Below are positions 40,560 through 49,743 of a stretch of DNA of 64,000 bases, piece after piece. How positions within the stretch are numbered: position 1 is the stretch's first letter; every line of letters starts with the position of its first letter. Where the stretch lies: NCBI GenBank assembly GCA_009927045.1, contig RFNT01000062.1, forward strand, positions 3,971 to 67,970, written 5' to 3'. The notes under the pieces were generated by a model. The model was given only the letters and a program-made list of their open reading frames with translations, searched no databases and was not told the origin of the DNA. The translations under genes were made by a program, and so were the position numbers. This stretch comes from a bacterium (GTDB taxonomy: Bacteria; Bdellovibrionota; FAC87; UBA2466).

Positions 40560-42235
40560 AAGTCATCTCTACAGCCGCTAATATTTCCCAAGCCTTCAAA
40601 AACGCAGGACGGTTGCGTGAAATTTTATCGGTTTTAGTCAGCACGGGCTTCATGGATCTCATGCATCGAATGAAACTGGAACGTTTCATTCCCGACCGCT
40701 CAACAGCGAATCCCGACTATACCGATCTACCGTTAGCTGAGCGCTTGCGAATCGCTTTTGAAAAACTAGGACCCGGTTTTGTTAAGTTGGGACAGCTGAT
40801 TGCTTCACGTCCTGATTTGTTCCCAGAGAATATTGTTGAAGAGTTTTCAAAACTCCAAGATCAAGTCGCTACTCTCCCTTTTGAGTCCATCAAAAAACAA
40901 ATTGAACAGGAGTTGAACTGCTCTCTCACAGATGTTTTTTCTCAGTTTGACGAGACGCCTTTAGCTGCGGCCAGCATTGCACAAGTTCATGCAGCGACTC
41001 TGAAATCTGGGCAAAGCGTCGCAGTGAAAATTCAACGCCCTGGGATTGATAAGATTCTGCACAACGATATTTCTATCTTAAGAGGACTTGCTGGCCTTCT
41101 TGAAAATTACATTCCAGAAACTAAGCCTTTTAACCCACAAGGATTAGTGGAAGAGTTTTTTCATACCATTCTGTTTGAGTTGGATTTTAGAGTGGAAGCC
41201 AACAACATTCGAAAGATCAAAGGTCAATTGACCAATCTAACCCAAGTAGCTATTCCCGAAGTTTTCACACAGTATTCAAGTCAGAAAGTGTTAGTCCTTG
41301 AAAAGTTTGAAGGAATTCGTTTCTCTGATCGAGAACGAATCCTTGCTGAAGGTATCGATCCTAAAAAAATCATTGAAACGGGAGCCGATGCTTTTTTTCA
41401 AATGGTGATGCGCAATGGTCTATTCCATGGAGATCTCCATGCGGGCAATCTCTTTGTTCTCACCGATGGACGAATTGGTATCATTGATTTTGGAATCGTC
41501 GGAAGATTGAGTCGTCGCGTTCAGGACAGTATCATTTCCATGTTCATTGCCATCATGGACGAGGACTACGAAACGTTAGCTACTGAATATGTCACTTTAT
41601 GTAGTCCCACAGGAGATACTGATATCAGTCTCCTTCAAAAAGATCTCATGGACACCATTTCACCCTATATAGGCTTAGTTTTGGGCGAAGTGAATGTGGG
41701 AAAACTGCTACTCCAATCCACCAGTATTGCAGCTAAGCATCAACTAAAAGTACCTCGAGAGCTCATGTTGTTATTCAAGGCCATCATGACTATTGATGGA
41801 CTTGCCAAGAAATTAGATCCGGATTTCGATATCCTTCAACTGGGCAATAAGCTCGCTAAAGAAGTGGTTACTGCTCGTTATAGCAAAGAACGGATTTCCA
41901 AAGACTTGATGATTTTAGCACGCGATCTTCAAGACACATTGGAAACCTCTCCCAAACTTTTAAAACGCTTCCTGCGAAAGTGGGCTCAAAATAACTTCGC
42001 CATTGAAACTAAGTCGAAGGATTCTGCTTTGATACCGCACGCCATTCATCAATTCACTTACTACTGGGTGCTCACAGCTTTCAGCTTGAGTCTTTTAGTA
42101 GTGGGAGTCTATGCAGCTCACAAGGAATTAGAACCCCTCGTATTTGGAATCTCTGTTTGGGGAGCCTTCTGTTTTGGTGTATCCTTGCTGGTATTAGGAA
42201 CCAGTGTTTGGAAACTTTCAAAATACAAAGTTTAA
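40556..42235 (+). CDS. ubiB: UbiB/ABC1-family atypical kinase
   Basis: 'LGPGFVKLGQLIASRPDLFP', 'ASIAQVHAATLKSGQSVAVKIQRPGI', and C-terminal TM helices. Confidence 0.8.
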   Translation: MKVISTAANISQAFKNAGRLREILSVLVSTGFMDLMHRMKLERFIPDRSTANPDYTDLPLAERLRIAFEKLGPGFVKLGQLIASRPDLFPENIVEEFSKLQDQVATLPFESIKKQIEQELNCSLTDVFSQFDETPLAAASIAQVHAATLKSGQSVAVKIQRPGIDKILHNDISILRGLAGLLENYIPETKPFNPQGLVEEFFHTILFELDFRVEANNIRKIKGQLTNLTQVAIPEVFTQYSSQKVLVLEKFEGIRFSDRERILAEGIDPKKIIETGADAFFQMVMRNGLFHGDLHAGNLFVLTDGRIGIIDFGIVGRLSRRVQDSIISMFIAIMDEDYETLATEYVTLCSPTGDTDISLLQKDLMDTISPYIGLVLGEVNVGKLLLQSTSIAAKHQLKVPRELMLLFKAIMTIDGLAKKLDPDFDILQLGNKLAKEVVTARYSKERISKDLMILARDLQDTLETSPKLLKRFLRKWAQNNFAIETKSKDSALIPHAIHQFTYYWVLTAFSLSLLVVGVYAAHKELEPLVFGISVWGAFCFGVSLLVLGTSVWKLSKYKV

Positions 42236-42960
42236 TTGTCTTCTTGATCTTCGGCGCGTTTGCTTCTTTAGCCTTTGGTAAACCCGCTTGGATTCTCACC
42301 CCAGATCAAATCTATCCTCTTTTAGAATCTCATTTATCAAAAAAAAAGGAAGACTACTTTAAACGGACAGTGAGACGGGCCGGCAATCAAACCATTGAGC
42401 TGGAAGGCTTCAGCTCGCTCAGCGGCCGATTGGAAAATTTTTACTCAGTTGCGAAAGACATCCCTAACTACCGCCAGTGGGCTTTGACGGGACTGAATAA
42501 AAAGCCTGCGGGGGGCGAATATTTACTACAGATTTTGGATTTGAGAGTAGATCCCCAGAAATCTAACGTCCTACATGCATTGTTTGGATTACGATTTCCG
42601 GGTATCCACCAAGACTTGCGTCGATCGTTCCTCATTATTCCTACTCAGCAACCACGCTCTGTTACGGTCTCTTGTCAAAGTTTGGATGCCCCAGATTTGG
42701 TCTTGAGCTCTTTAGTGGGCTACATCACTGCATTCTCAGCGCCGAAGGACCCTGAACGACTCTGGGTTTATTTCAAAGGAGTAGCAAAAATCAGGTCTTG
42801 GATCCTCTATCAAGCGCTCCCCGAGCGATTGCTCACTCAGGAATCCTCGGAACGTATTCAGACCGTGCTGGACAACTTTTCCCAAGAAGAAGTGAAGCAA
42901 TACGCTTTGGTGGAGCGATCAAATAGAGTCAAACCCCCAAAGAAAAAGCGGCAGCGGTGA
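42157..42960 (+). CDS. Hypothetical secreted protein (start uncertain; overlaps the ubiB 3' end)
   Basis: Hydrophobic N-terminus 'LIVFLIFGAFASLAFG' and a basic C-terminal tail 'KPPKKKRQR'. Confidence 0.35.
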   Translation: MGSLLFWCILAGIRNQCLETFKIQSLIVFLIFGAFASLAFGKPAWILTPDQIYPLLESHLSKKKEDYFKRTVRRAGNQTIELEGFSSLSGRLENFYSVAKDIPNYRQWALTGLNKKPAGGEYLLQILDLRVDPQKSNVLHALFGLRFPGIHQDLRRSFLIIPTQQPRSVTVSCQSLDAPDLVLSSLVGYITAFSAPKDPERLWVYFKGVAKIRSWILYQALPERLLTQESSERIQTVLDNFSQEEVKQYALVERSNRVKPPKKKRQR

Positions 42961-43933
42961 TTGAGATTTCCAACCATCTTTTCCAAGCACTTGGATTAAG
43001 CATTCTTCGTCGGTTAGCTTTTGCCATTCTTTTTGTTCAGTGAGCTTATTTTTTGATTTGAGATGCTGTTCGTAAGCTGCCAAAAGTAAATTCTTATCTA
43101 GGAGTTTAATCAAGCCTAGGCTTCCCAACCAATGGTGATCCGCAAGAGGACCAAACCAATCTTCTCCAGTATCAAAAGGGGCTATGAGCGTTAAGGGGTG
43201 CTCACGGTAAGGTCCGGTCTGACAAGCGATCACATTGTTTTGGACCGCTTCTTTATCTCCAGCCCATTCGTGAATGTAGTGTGTGAAATCTTTCCCCTTG
43301 TTGATGGCCACATAAGAAGTCAGGGCGTTTCCGGATTGGGTCACGTACACCTCAGTCTGCGGGATATTCAGCAACTGTTTCATCTCTGCCAACGACCGAA
43401 CCATCTTGTAACTTTTGTTGAGAATACAAGTTCCAAAGCGCTTCGAGATCTTTGTTCCGATCGTATAAACGATTCGCTTGATTTCCTGCTCCCACGTGTT
43501 GTTGGGAAAACCGAAAATCTTTCTCGAGTCCGCACCGATAAAAACCCAGAGATTCATAAAACTCAGGTTGATCTGACCACAAAATACTGAGAGCACAAGC
43601 TTCCTGATTAAAAAAATGAAGCGCTTCTTGGATGAGTTGAGTAGCTAATCCCTTTTTTCTAAAACTACTGTGAGTCGTGACCGTTCCAATCAGTCCCAAA
43701 GAGAGTTCCCAATCAGGTCCCTGATATTTTTTTATGAGAGTCCCCACATGGGCAACGATTCGGCCTTCAAAAGTAAAATAAAACGACCGTCCGCCGGGGT
43801 AAGGTCTAAAAACCGTTGGGTATTCCTCTTCTATCTTAAAATTGACGGAGGCTTGCAGTTCTTGGTTCAAAAAATCAAGGACACGCTGGTGATCTCGGGA
43901 TGGGTTTTGGGAGTGATCGAGAGTTCCTATCAC
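42919..43933 (-). pseudogene. GNAT-family N-acetyltransferase with a C-terminal extension; two ORFs overlap by 245 nt in different frames (probable frameshift)
   Basis: The N-terminal ORF (43352..43933) has the acetyl-CoA motif 'GTVTTHSSFRKKGLATQLI'. The second ORF (42919..43596) continues in another frame. The likely junction is near the A-run 'caacaaaagttacaagatgg'. Confidence 0.45.
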
Positions 43934-44003
43934 AAAGGAAGCACCTGAAAATAGAAAAAAGCCGAGTGTTGATCTGTTGAAGACTCACACTCGGCACTTT
44001 CAA

Positions 44004-44192
44004 TTATAAATCAGCAGCTCGTAGAGTTTTTCTGCCGTTTGCTTTTGCCCGCTCCACACCGCGATTCACAGCGTGGTGGATCAAAACATTGACTGCTTCC
44101 ACAACATCTGAAGAGCATTTCATTTTTGATTTTTTAACCAGCGCTTTCACTTTGGATTGCACAATGTAGGATTCTTTTACTTTGGTTGCCAT
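44004..44192 (-). CDS. DUF1931-family small histone-fold-like protein
   Basis: 'MATKVKESYIVQSKVKALVKK...VERAKANGRKTLRAADL' matches the DUF1931 pattern as I remember it. I chose the internal Met as start. Confidence 0.5.
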   Translation of the reverse strand: MATKVKESYIVQSKVKALVKKSKMKCSSDVVEAVNVLIHHAVNRGVERAKANGRKTLRAADL

Positions 44193-44255
44193 AGGTGTTT
44201 TCCTCCAATGAATGTTGATAAGCAACGTTTGAGCCTTAATATAGTCTCAAGTAGC

Positions 44256-44957
44256 TCAGTTGAAAAGCGGAAGCGCAAACCACGAGAGGAGAATGGCAGA
44301 ACCCACTGGGATTGTGAAATTGTCATCGATAGGACTGGGGATCAGTTCCACCACTGTGCTGACAGCTCCCCCGAGAAGCCCCAAAACAAGCGCTTGAGGG
44401 AGTTCCAAAGAGAGATATCCCAGAGCAAAGCTCACTGAAATCAGAGCAGTTGTTACAAAATTAGCAGCGGCCCCTTCTAACGTTTTTCGTGAAGTGAGTC
44501 GAATGCGACCCCAGTGAGTCCCCACAACAGCAGCTACTGGGTCCCCAACAGCTAAAAATAAAGCACTTAATAAAACAATCGGCTTTGGAAAAAAATAAAC
44601 TAACACCAGGAGCCCTAAAATATAGAAGGAATTACCAGAGACACTCTGCAGCTCTTCACGCCGCATGAGACTTCCAAAGGCTTTCAAAATGAGTCCGTTC
44701 AATCGAGGAGACTTCAATCGCACAATGTCTAAAAGCATGAAGATGCCTCCCACGGTTCCTAATAATACGAGGGCGGCTTCTCGAGAGAGAAAGAAGGCAT
44801 ACAGGGAGACACAAAGAATCCCCATCATAAAATGGTAAAATTTACGTCCTAAATGAGGCGTGGAACGCCCCACATTCAACACTTCTTGTTTGAGTGCAGA
44901 AATCTCAGCTGCCGATACGAAAGAAAGAGTTTTGAACATGATCCTTAGATACAGCAA
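44256..44957 (-). CDS. Polyprenol/phytol/dolichol-kinase-like CTP-dependent membrane protein (COG0170 / DUF92-like)
   Basis: Six or more TM helices and a 'SRKTLEGAAANFV' CTP-transferase-like motif. Confidence 0.5.
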   Translation of the reverse strand: MLYLRIMFKTLSFVSAAEISALKQEVLNVGRSTPHLGRKFYHFMMGILCVSLYAFFLSREAALVLLGTVGGIFMLLDIVRLKSPRLNGLILKAFGSLMRREELQSVSGNSFYILGLLVLVYFFPKPIVLLSALFLAVGDPVAAVVGTHWGRIRLTSRKTLEGAAANFVTTALISVSFALGYLSLELPQALVLGLLGGAVSTVVELIPSPIDDNFTIPVGSAILLSWFALPLFN

Positions 44958-45108
44958 ATTCGATACCTGTTCCTAACCAAAAACAAATAAATCATATTAA
45001 ACGAATGATATTATTAATTTACCAGCTGACTTTTCGCGTTATATGCCGAGACAAACAGACTCAAAAATGCGTAGAATCATACGCACCCAGAACTTTTATT
45101 ACGCAGTC

Positions 45109-45834
45109 TTACTTTTTTATATCGTTCTTTGCTCGTTGACCCATGGGGTGGGAAGGATACCGTTCGATGAGATCTTGAAAGAACAATCGGGATTCTTTCT
45201 GTTGTCCCAAATGTTTGAAAGCCCAAGCCTGGCGATAAATCGCTGTCGGGACCAAACTATCTTTAGGATATTTTTTTCGAAATTGAGCAAATTCTAAAGC
45301 CGCCGAAGCGTACTCTTTTGATGAGAAGAGCACTTCTCCAATCAGAAAATTAACTTTCTTGGCTTGCTCACTGTTTTTAGAGGAGCGTTTCTCAACTTCT
45401 CGAAGGACTTCTAATGCTTCTTCAAATTTGCCTTCGTCATACAATAATTTTCCTTGCTCGTAAGATACCGCGGAATTGGATTCGACTGACGGACTGGGTT
45501 GCTTCAGTGCCAGCTCTTCAGCCACTGCTCGTTGCTCCAGCGCTTGAATCCGAGTTTGAAGGGTCAGAACTTGATTTCGTAAATCCTCAGCAATTGACCG
45601 ATGCGATTCGGTTTGTTCCTCATTTACGCTTTTTAAACGAGCTACTTCAGTTTTGAGCTCCTCAACGGTCGTATCTACGTCCGCTTTGAGATCTCGCGCT
45701 TCTTTCACTTCTGTTTTCAAACGTTCCATTTCTTGTTCGCGTCGAATTTCACCTTTGGTCTTACATCCGCTGAGAAATCCTCCACAGATGACTAACGATA
45801 AAACTACTAAATTTTTCTTGTTGAGGTTTCTCAT
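45109..45834 (-). CDS. ybgF: Tol-Pal system protein YbgF/CpoB (coiled-coil + TPR lipoprotein)
   Basis: Lipobox 'LSGC', a long coiled-coil, and C-terminal TPR repeats 'YRQAWAFKHLGQQKESRLFFQDLIERYP'. It lies downstream of pal. Confidence 0.7.
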   Translation of the reverse strand: MRNLNKKNLVVLSLVICGGFLSGCKTKGEIRREQEMERLKTEVKEARDLKADVDTTVEELKTEVARLKSVNEEQTESHRSIAEDLRNQVLTLQTRIQALEQRAVAEELALKQPSPSVESNSAVSYEQGKLLYDEGKFEEALEVLREVEKRSSKNSEQAKKVNFLIGEVLFSSKEYASAALEFAQFRKKYPKDSLVPTAIYRQAWAFKHLGQQKESRLFFQDLIERYPSHPMGQRAKNDIKK

Positions 45835-46190
45835 GGATTAGCCTCCTCCTCTGGGATAGGTGCAGAAAAGCTCGGTGCCGATTCCGGCTCTACGAATCCA
45901 CCTTTGAGCTCAGTTTGTTTAGCCACTGATTGATACTCCGCTTGTTCCGCAATCTGTCTGGCTTCGTGAGCAAATTTCTTGGCTGATTCATAGTACCCCT
46001 CGGTGAAGTCCTTTTTTGCTCTGAGATACAAGTTTTCAGCTCTTCGGTAGGTATCCGGGGCAAGTACTTCTGCTTTAACTTTTTGCGCTGCTTTCAACGC
46101 AACATCTGCCAAAATCATGTCTTCGATGGGTCGGGGGTGACAAGCACTGATCACCCCCACGAACAATAAAATGATTCCAACAGAACGCAT
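45831..46190 (-). CDS. DUF4398-like lipoprotein
   Basis: Lipobox 'ISAC' and a helical domain 'YRRAENLYLRAKKDFTEGYYESAKKFAHEA'. Confidence 0.5.
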   Translation of the reverse strand: MRSVGIILLFVGVISACHPRPIEDMILADVALKAAQKVKAEVLAPDTYRRAENLYLRAKKDFTEGYYESAKKFAHEARQIAEQAEYQSVAKQTELKGGFVEPESAPSFSAPIPEEEANP

Positions 46191-46193
46191 TCC

Positions 46194-46730
46194 TTATTTG
46201 GAGAGCAATACAAACACAGCTCGGCGATTTTTTGCCCAAGCTGCTTCGTTATGTCCTAAATCTGCAGGACGCTCTTTGCCGTAACTGAGCGTTTCAATAC
46301 GGGAGGCGGCTACTCCCAAGCGAACTAAGTAGGCTTTCGCAGCATTGGCCCGTCGATCTCCAAGGGCCATATTGTACTCAACCGTGCCCCGCTCATCGCA
46401 ATGACCTTCAATTTGAATCCGCGCATTGGCATTTGCTTTCATCCAATCCGCATTCGTCTTGAGGGCGTTTCTAGCTTGATCCGTTAAATTGTAACTGTCG
46501 TACCCATAATAAACTGTTTCCATTTCGCTGAAAGGCTGTCCAGCATCTCCAGCGCCTCCCAGAGATTCCACACCCGCTCCTGGACTAGCAACGCCCGAGG
46601 AATCCTCCGATAAATTCATAGCGGGTTCGTCAGAAACCACATCTTTTTTACTACAACTCACCATGCCGAACACGAATACCAACATGACAATTTGGCTGAG
46701 TGGGGATCGAAGACTTCTTAAAACAGACAT
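46194..46730 (-). CDS. pal: Peptidoglycan-associated lipoprotein Pal (OmpA family)
   Basis: Lipobox 'VSC' and an OmpA-like domain 'TVYYGYDSYNLTD...IEGHCDERGTVEYNMALGDRRA'. Confidence 0.85.
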   Translation of the reverse strand: MSVLRSLRSPLSQIVMLVFVFGMVSCSKKDVVSDEPAMNLSEDSSGVASPGAGVESLGGAGDAGQPFSEMETVYYGYDSYNLTDQARNALKTNADWMKANANARIQIEGHCDERGTVEYNMALGDRRANAAKAYLVRLGVAASRIETLSYGKERPADLGHNEAAWAKNRRAVFVLLSK

Positions 46731-46898
46731 AAGGCTGCTCCTTCACGATGAAATAGGTTAAAAACACCTATACGGTAGCGAAATTCAACGTAAGATACAA
46801 TTATTTTTCAGCTTTATCCGAAGCAGGCCCCTCACCCTGACGGGGCGCGCCAACCGCTTTTCAATCCCGTTCAAACTTCTCATTGATACAATATCTCC

Positions 46899-49742
46899 AT
46901 GCGAATTTTCTTTTGGGGACTGTTGCTGTGCAGTTGGCTTCACGCAGAACCCACTTACTTATCTTTTCCCTCTGATGTTTCCTGGAAAACTCAAACGAGT
47001 TCTCATTTCCAAATTGTTTACCGAGAGGGACAAATTGACCTCGCATCACGCGCTCTGAAAGCCGCAGAGAAAGCCTTCGCCCTTTTAACTCCTATTTTTC
47101 CGGAACGCCCTCCCCTCACTTTTATCGTGTTGGCTGATTTTCAGGATTCTCTCAACGGTTACTCTTTGAATTTTCCTTATCCCCACTTTGTCGTTTTTGC
47201 AGCGCCACCCAACAGCACCGGAGAGCTTGCAGCTCTGGATCATTGGTTAGATTCAGTTGTTTTACACGAATACGTTCACACCCTGCACATGTATCCAGCA
47301 ACTGGTGCTTGGAAATGGATTCGCACCATTTTTGGAAGCTGGGTCGTGCCAAACGGTATGCAGCCTCAGCATCTGCACGAGGGACTGGCCACATTTTTAG
47401 AAACTGAATTCAGTCGAGGGGGCCGTGGGCGCAGCTCCTTTTTCCAAATGCTCAGTCGCAAAGCTGTGGAAAACCAAGTCTGGGGTGATGATTTTGTTCC
47501 TTTGGATTTAATTGATGGCTCTGCTAGTCGGTGGCCTCACGGCACCAGTGCTTATTTTTTTGGTTACTACTTCTACCGCCACCTATGGAGCGAAAAACAA
47601 CATCAGGGGATCACGAATCTTGTCCAGAGCGGGAGTAGCAATTGGCCTTATTGGATCAATATTCCCTTCCAAGAGGTCTATCAGCAATCTGCGCCTACTC
47701 TTTGGAAAGCAATGTTTGATTCTGTGAGAGCGGAAAAAAAAGAGGAATTGAAAAAGATTCAAGCAGAACCTCTTTCTCAGTTGACTTACTTCACTCAATC
47801 TCGGTTTCAAAAGAAAGACTTGGCGTTATCTCCAGAAAAAAAGCGAGTGGCTTTCCTGAGCCATTCTCCAACGGCCGGAACCCAATTAGAAATTTTTAAC
47901 CTAGGGTCCAAAACCTATGAAAAGAAACTCCGGGTTGACGCCAGTGATGCCGGTGGCTTGTGTTGGATTGATTCCAAATCCAAGGGAGAATATTTTTTAT
48001 TTTCGGTTCGGAAGTTTGAACGGTTTCAATCTCGCAATCGGCTCGCTCTTGTTAAATCAGACTCCGAAGACCCCAATTTTCTCAAAACATCCGATGGCTG
48101 GCTCGACCACGTTCACGAAATCAGCTGTTCTCCCGATGGAAAAAACCTTCTGCTGTATCAAGAAGTAGGGGGGAAAGGTCGGCTCGGTGTTTTTGAGGGT
48201 GATGCTCTCAGCGAGAACAGCAACTTTCGACTTCAAACCTTTTGGGATTTGCCTCCAGGCACCTGGATCAGCGCTTTATCCTGGGGAAGCCCCGCCTATT
48301 TTTTACTCCGCTCCGGGCATCAGACCGTTTTTTATCGATGGGATTTCGCGAGCGCACCAGAAGCCATGGGACAAATTGACGGACATGCCTACCGTCTCAA
48401 GAGAGGAGATAAAGACACTAGCTACTTGATCAGTGGCCTTTCGGGTCGAGACGAAATCTGGCAATGGGATCTCAGCAAGAAACAACTTTCGAAAGCGGTG
48501 AGTGCAACGGGAGGGTTCAATAGCTTTGAAGTGCTGCCAGAAACTGCCCTTGTTTCCTCCTACGAGCATGGGGGTTACGATTTAGCGTCAGCCACTTTTG
48601 TGGTGTCCAAGCAGAACCGGCTTTTAGCTCCCCCCACAGCGATCCAGAATTTCCCCAAAGCTGAAGCTGAGAATACAAAAGAAGAAGACTACTCCCCTTG
48701 GAGCACGCTCATCCCTAGAACTTGGATTCCTTCGGCTCTGATTGTCCCTTTTGGGCTTCAGGTAGGCGCTTGGATCCCCATGTTCGATCTGACCCAACGC
48801 CACTTTTACGACATCAACTTGGGATTTGACCGAAGAGACAGCAATACAGGAACCCGAGTTCTGCCATTTTTTTCACTGTTGTACGGGTATCGTTTTGGGC
48901 AAAGCTCAGTAGCGCAATTGAATACTTATTTTTTACCCGGTTTTTTAACCTTCAACCGGAGTTTCTTTCAGCGGTGGGGGACTTCTTTCAGCTATGGAAG
49001 AGAAATTCCAGGTTCGCCAATTCAAGGACGGCTTTCGAGTATTTTTCGTCGAGTTGAGCAGTCTACGCTAGGGCCTGCGAATCAATCCATGGGACTCGGG
49101 CTCGAATTGGCTTGGGCCAACCAACAGACCACAGGTGTTTTGGATGCTCCTCTCAATCGAGGCATTCGTTTGAGTGCAAGTCATCAGCAATTTATGAAAG
49201 CTTTAGGAAGCCAAGATAACTTCTTTAGCTCGCTCGCAAGTTTTGAAGGAATGGCGAAGTCACCGATCTGGGAAAAGGCTTCATGGCACTTAACCCTGCG
49301 GCAGGGGTATACCGAAGGCACCCCGCTCTACAATTCATTTTTCGAGGGTGGAGGGGAGTTGATTTTTTCTCAAGGACGAGGATTTTTTCTCAATAGAGGT
49401 TATTTACAGGGCTCTTTTGCAGCACGCCGAATTTTCGGAGGAAATTTAGAGTTTCAGTTTCCGATTTCCCGACTGGATCGAGGTTGGAATTTATGGCCGG
49501 TTTTTTTGCAAACGCTTTCAGGAGCCTTGGTCTTGGACACTACCAGTTACGACTTTGGACCTCTGAGCCGAGCATCGAAACTCTGGATGAAAGAATTTTT
49601 GTGGAGCACCGGCTTCGAAATAAAATCTCAATGGCGCTTTTTTTATTATTTACCCACAGAAGTTCGCTTGGGGTTTTACCGGGGTTTAAGCCGCGGAGGC
49701 GAACCTTTTTACTTCACGCTGGGTGTAGAAGCAGCTCTCTAA
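46899..49742 (+). CDS. Large secreted/outer-membrane protein with an N-terminal HExxH zincin-like module, TolB-like beta-propeller repeats and a C-terminal beta-barrel-like region
   Basis: Signal peptide, then 'VVLHEYVHTLHM...HLHEGLATFLE' (HExxH plus a downstream Glu), then PD40-like 'SPDGKNLLLYQ'. The C-terminal approximately 330 aa show alternating hydrophobicity. Confidence 0.45.
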   Translation: MRIFFWGLLLCSWLHAEPTYLSFPSDVSWKTQTSSHFQIVYREGQIDLASRALKAAEKAFALLTPIFPERPPLTFIVLADFQDSLNGYSLNFPYPHFVVFAAPPNSTGELAALDHWLDSVVLHEYVHTLHMYPATGAWKWIRTIFGSWVVPNGMQPQHLHEGLATFLETEFSRGGRGRSSFFQMLSRKAVENQVWGDDFVPLDLIDGSASRWPHGTSAYFFGYYFYRHLWSEKQHQGITNLVQSGSSNWPYWINIPFQEVYQQSAPTLWKAMFDSVRAEKKEELKKIQAEPLSQLTYFTQSRFQKKDLALSPEKKRVAFLSHSPTAGTQLEIFNLGSKTYEKKLRVDASDAGGLCWIDSKSKGEYFLFSVRKFERFQSRNRLALVKSDSEDPNFLKTSDGWLDHVHEISCSPDGKNLLLYQEVGGKGRLGVFEGDALSENSNFRLQTFWDLPPGTWISALSWGSPAYFLLRSGHQTVFYRWDFASAPEAMGQIDGHAYRLKRGDKDTSYLISGLSGRDEIWQWDLSKKQLSKAVSATGGFNSFEVLPETALVSSYEHGGYDLASATFVVSKQNRLLAPPTAIQNFPKAEAENTKEEDYSPWSTLIPRTWIPSALIVPFGLQVGAWIPMFDLTQRHFYDINLGFDRRDSNTGTRVLPFFSLLYGYRFGQSSVAQLNTYFLPGFLTFNRSFFQRWGTSFSYGREIPGSPIQGRLSSIFRRVEQSTLGPANQSMGLGLELAWANQQTTGVLDAPLNRGIRLSASHQQFMKALGSQDNFFSSLASFEGMAKSPIWEKASWHLTLRQGYTEGTPLYNSFFEGGGELIFSQGRGFFLNRGYLQGSFAARRIFGGNLEFQFPISRLDRGWNLWPVFLQTLSGALVLDTTSYDFGPLSRASKLWMKEFLWSTGFEIKSQWRFFYYLPTEVRLGFYRGLSRGGEPFYFTLGVEAAL

Positions 49743-49743
49743 G

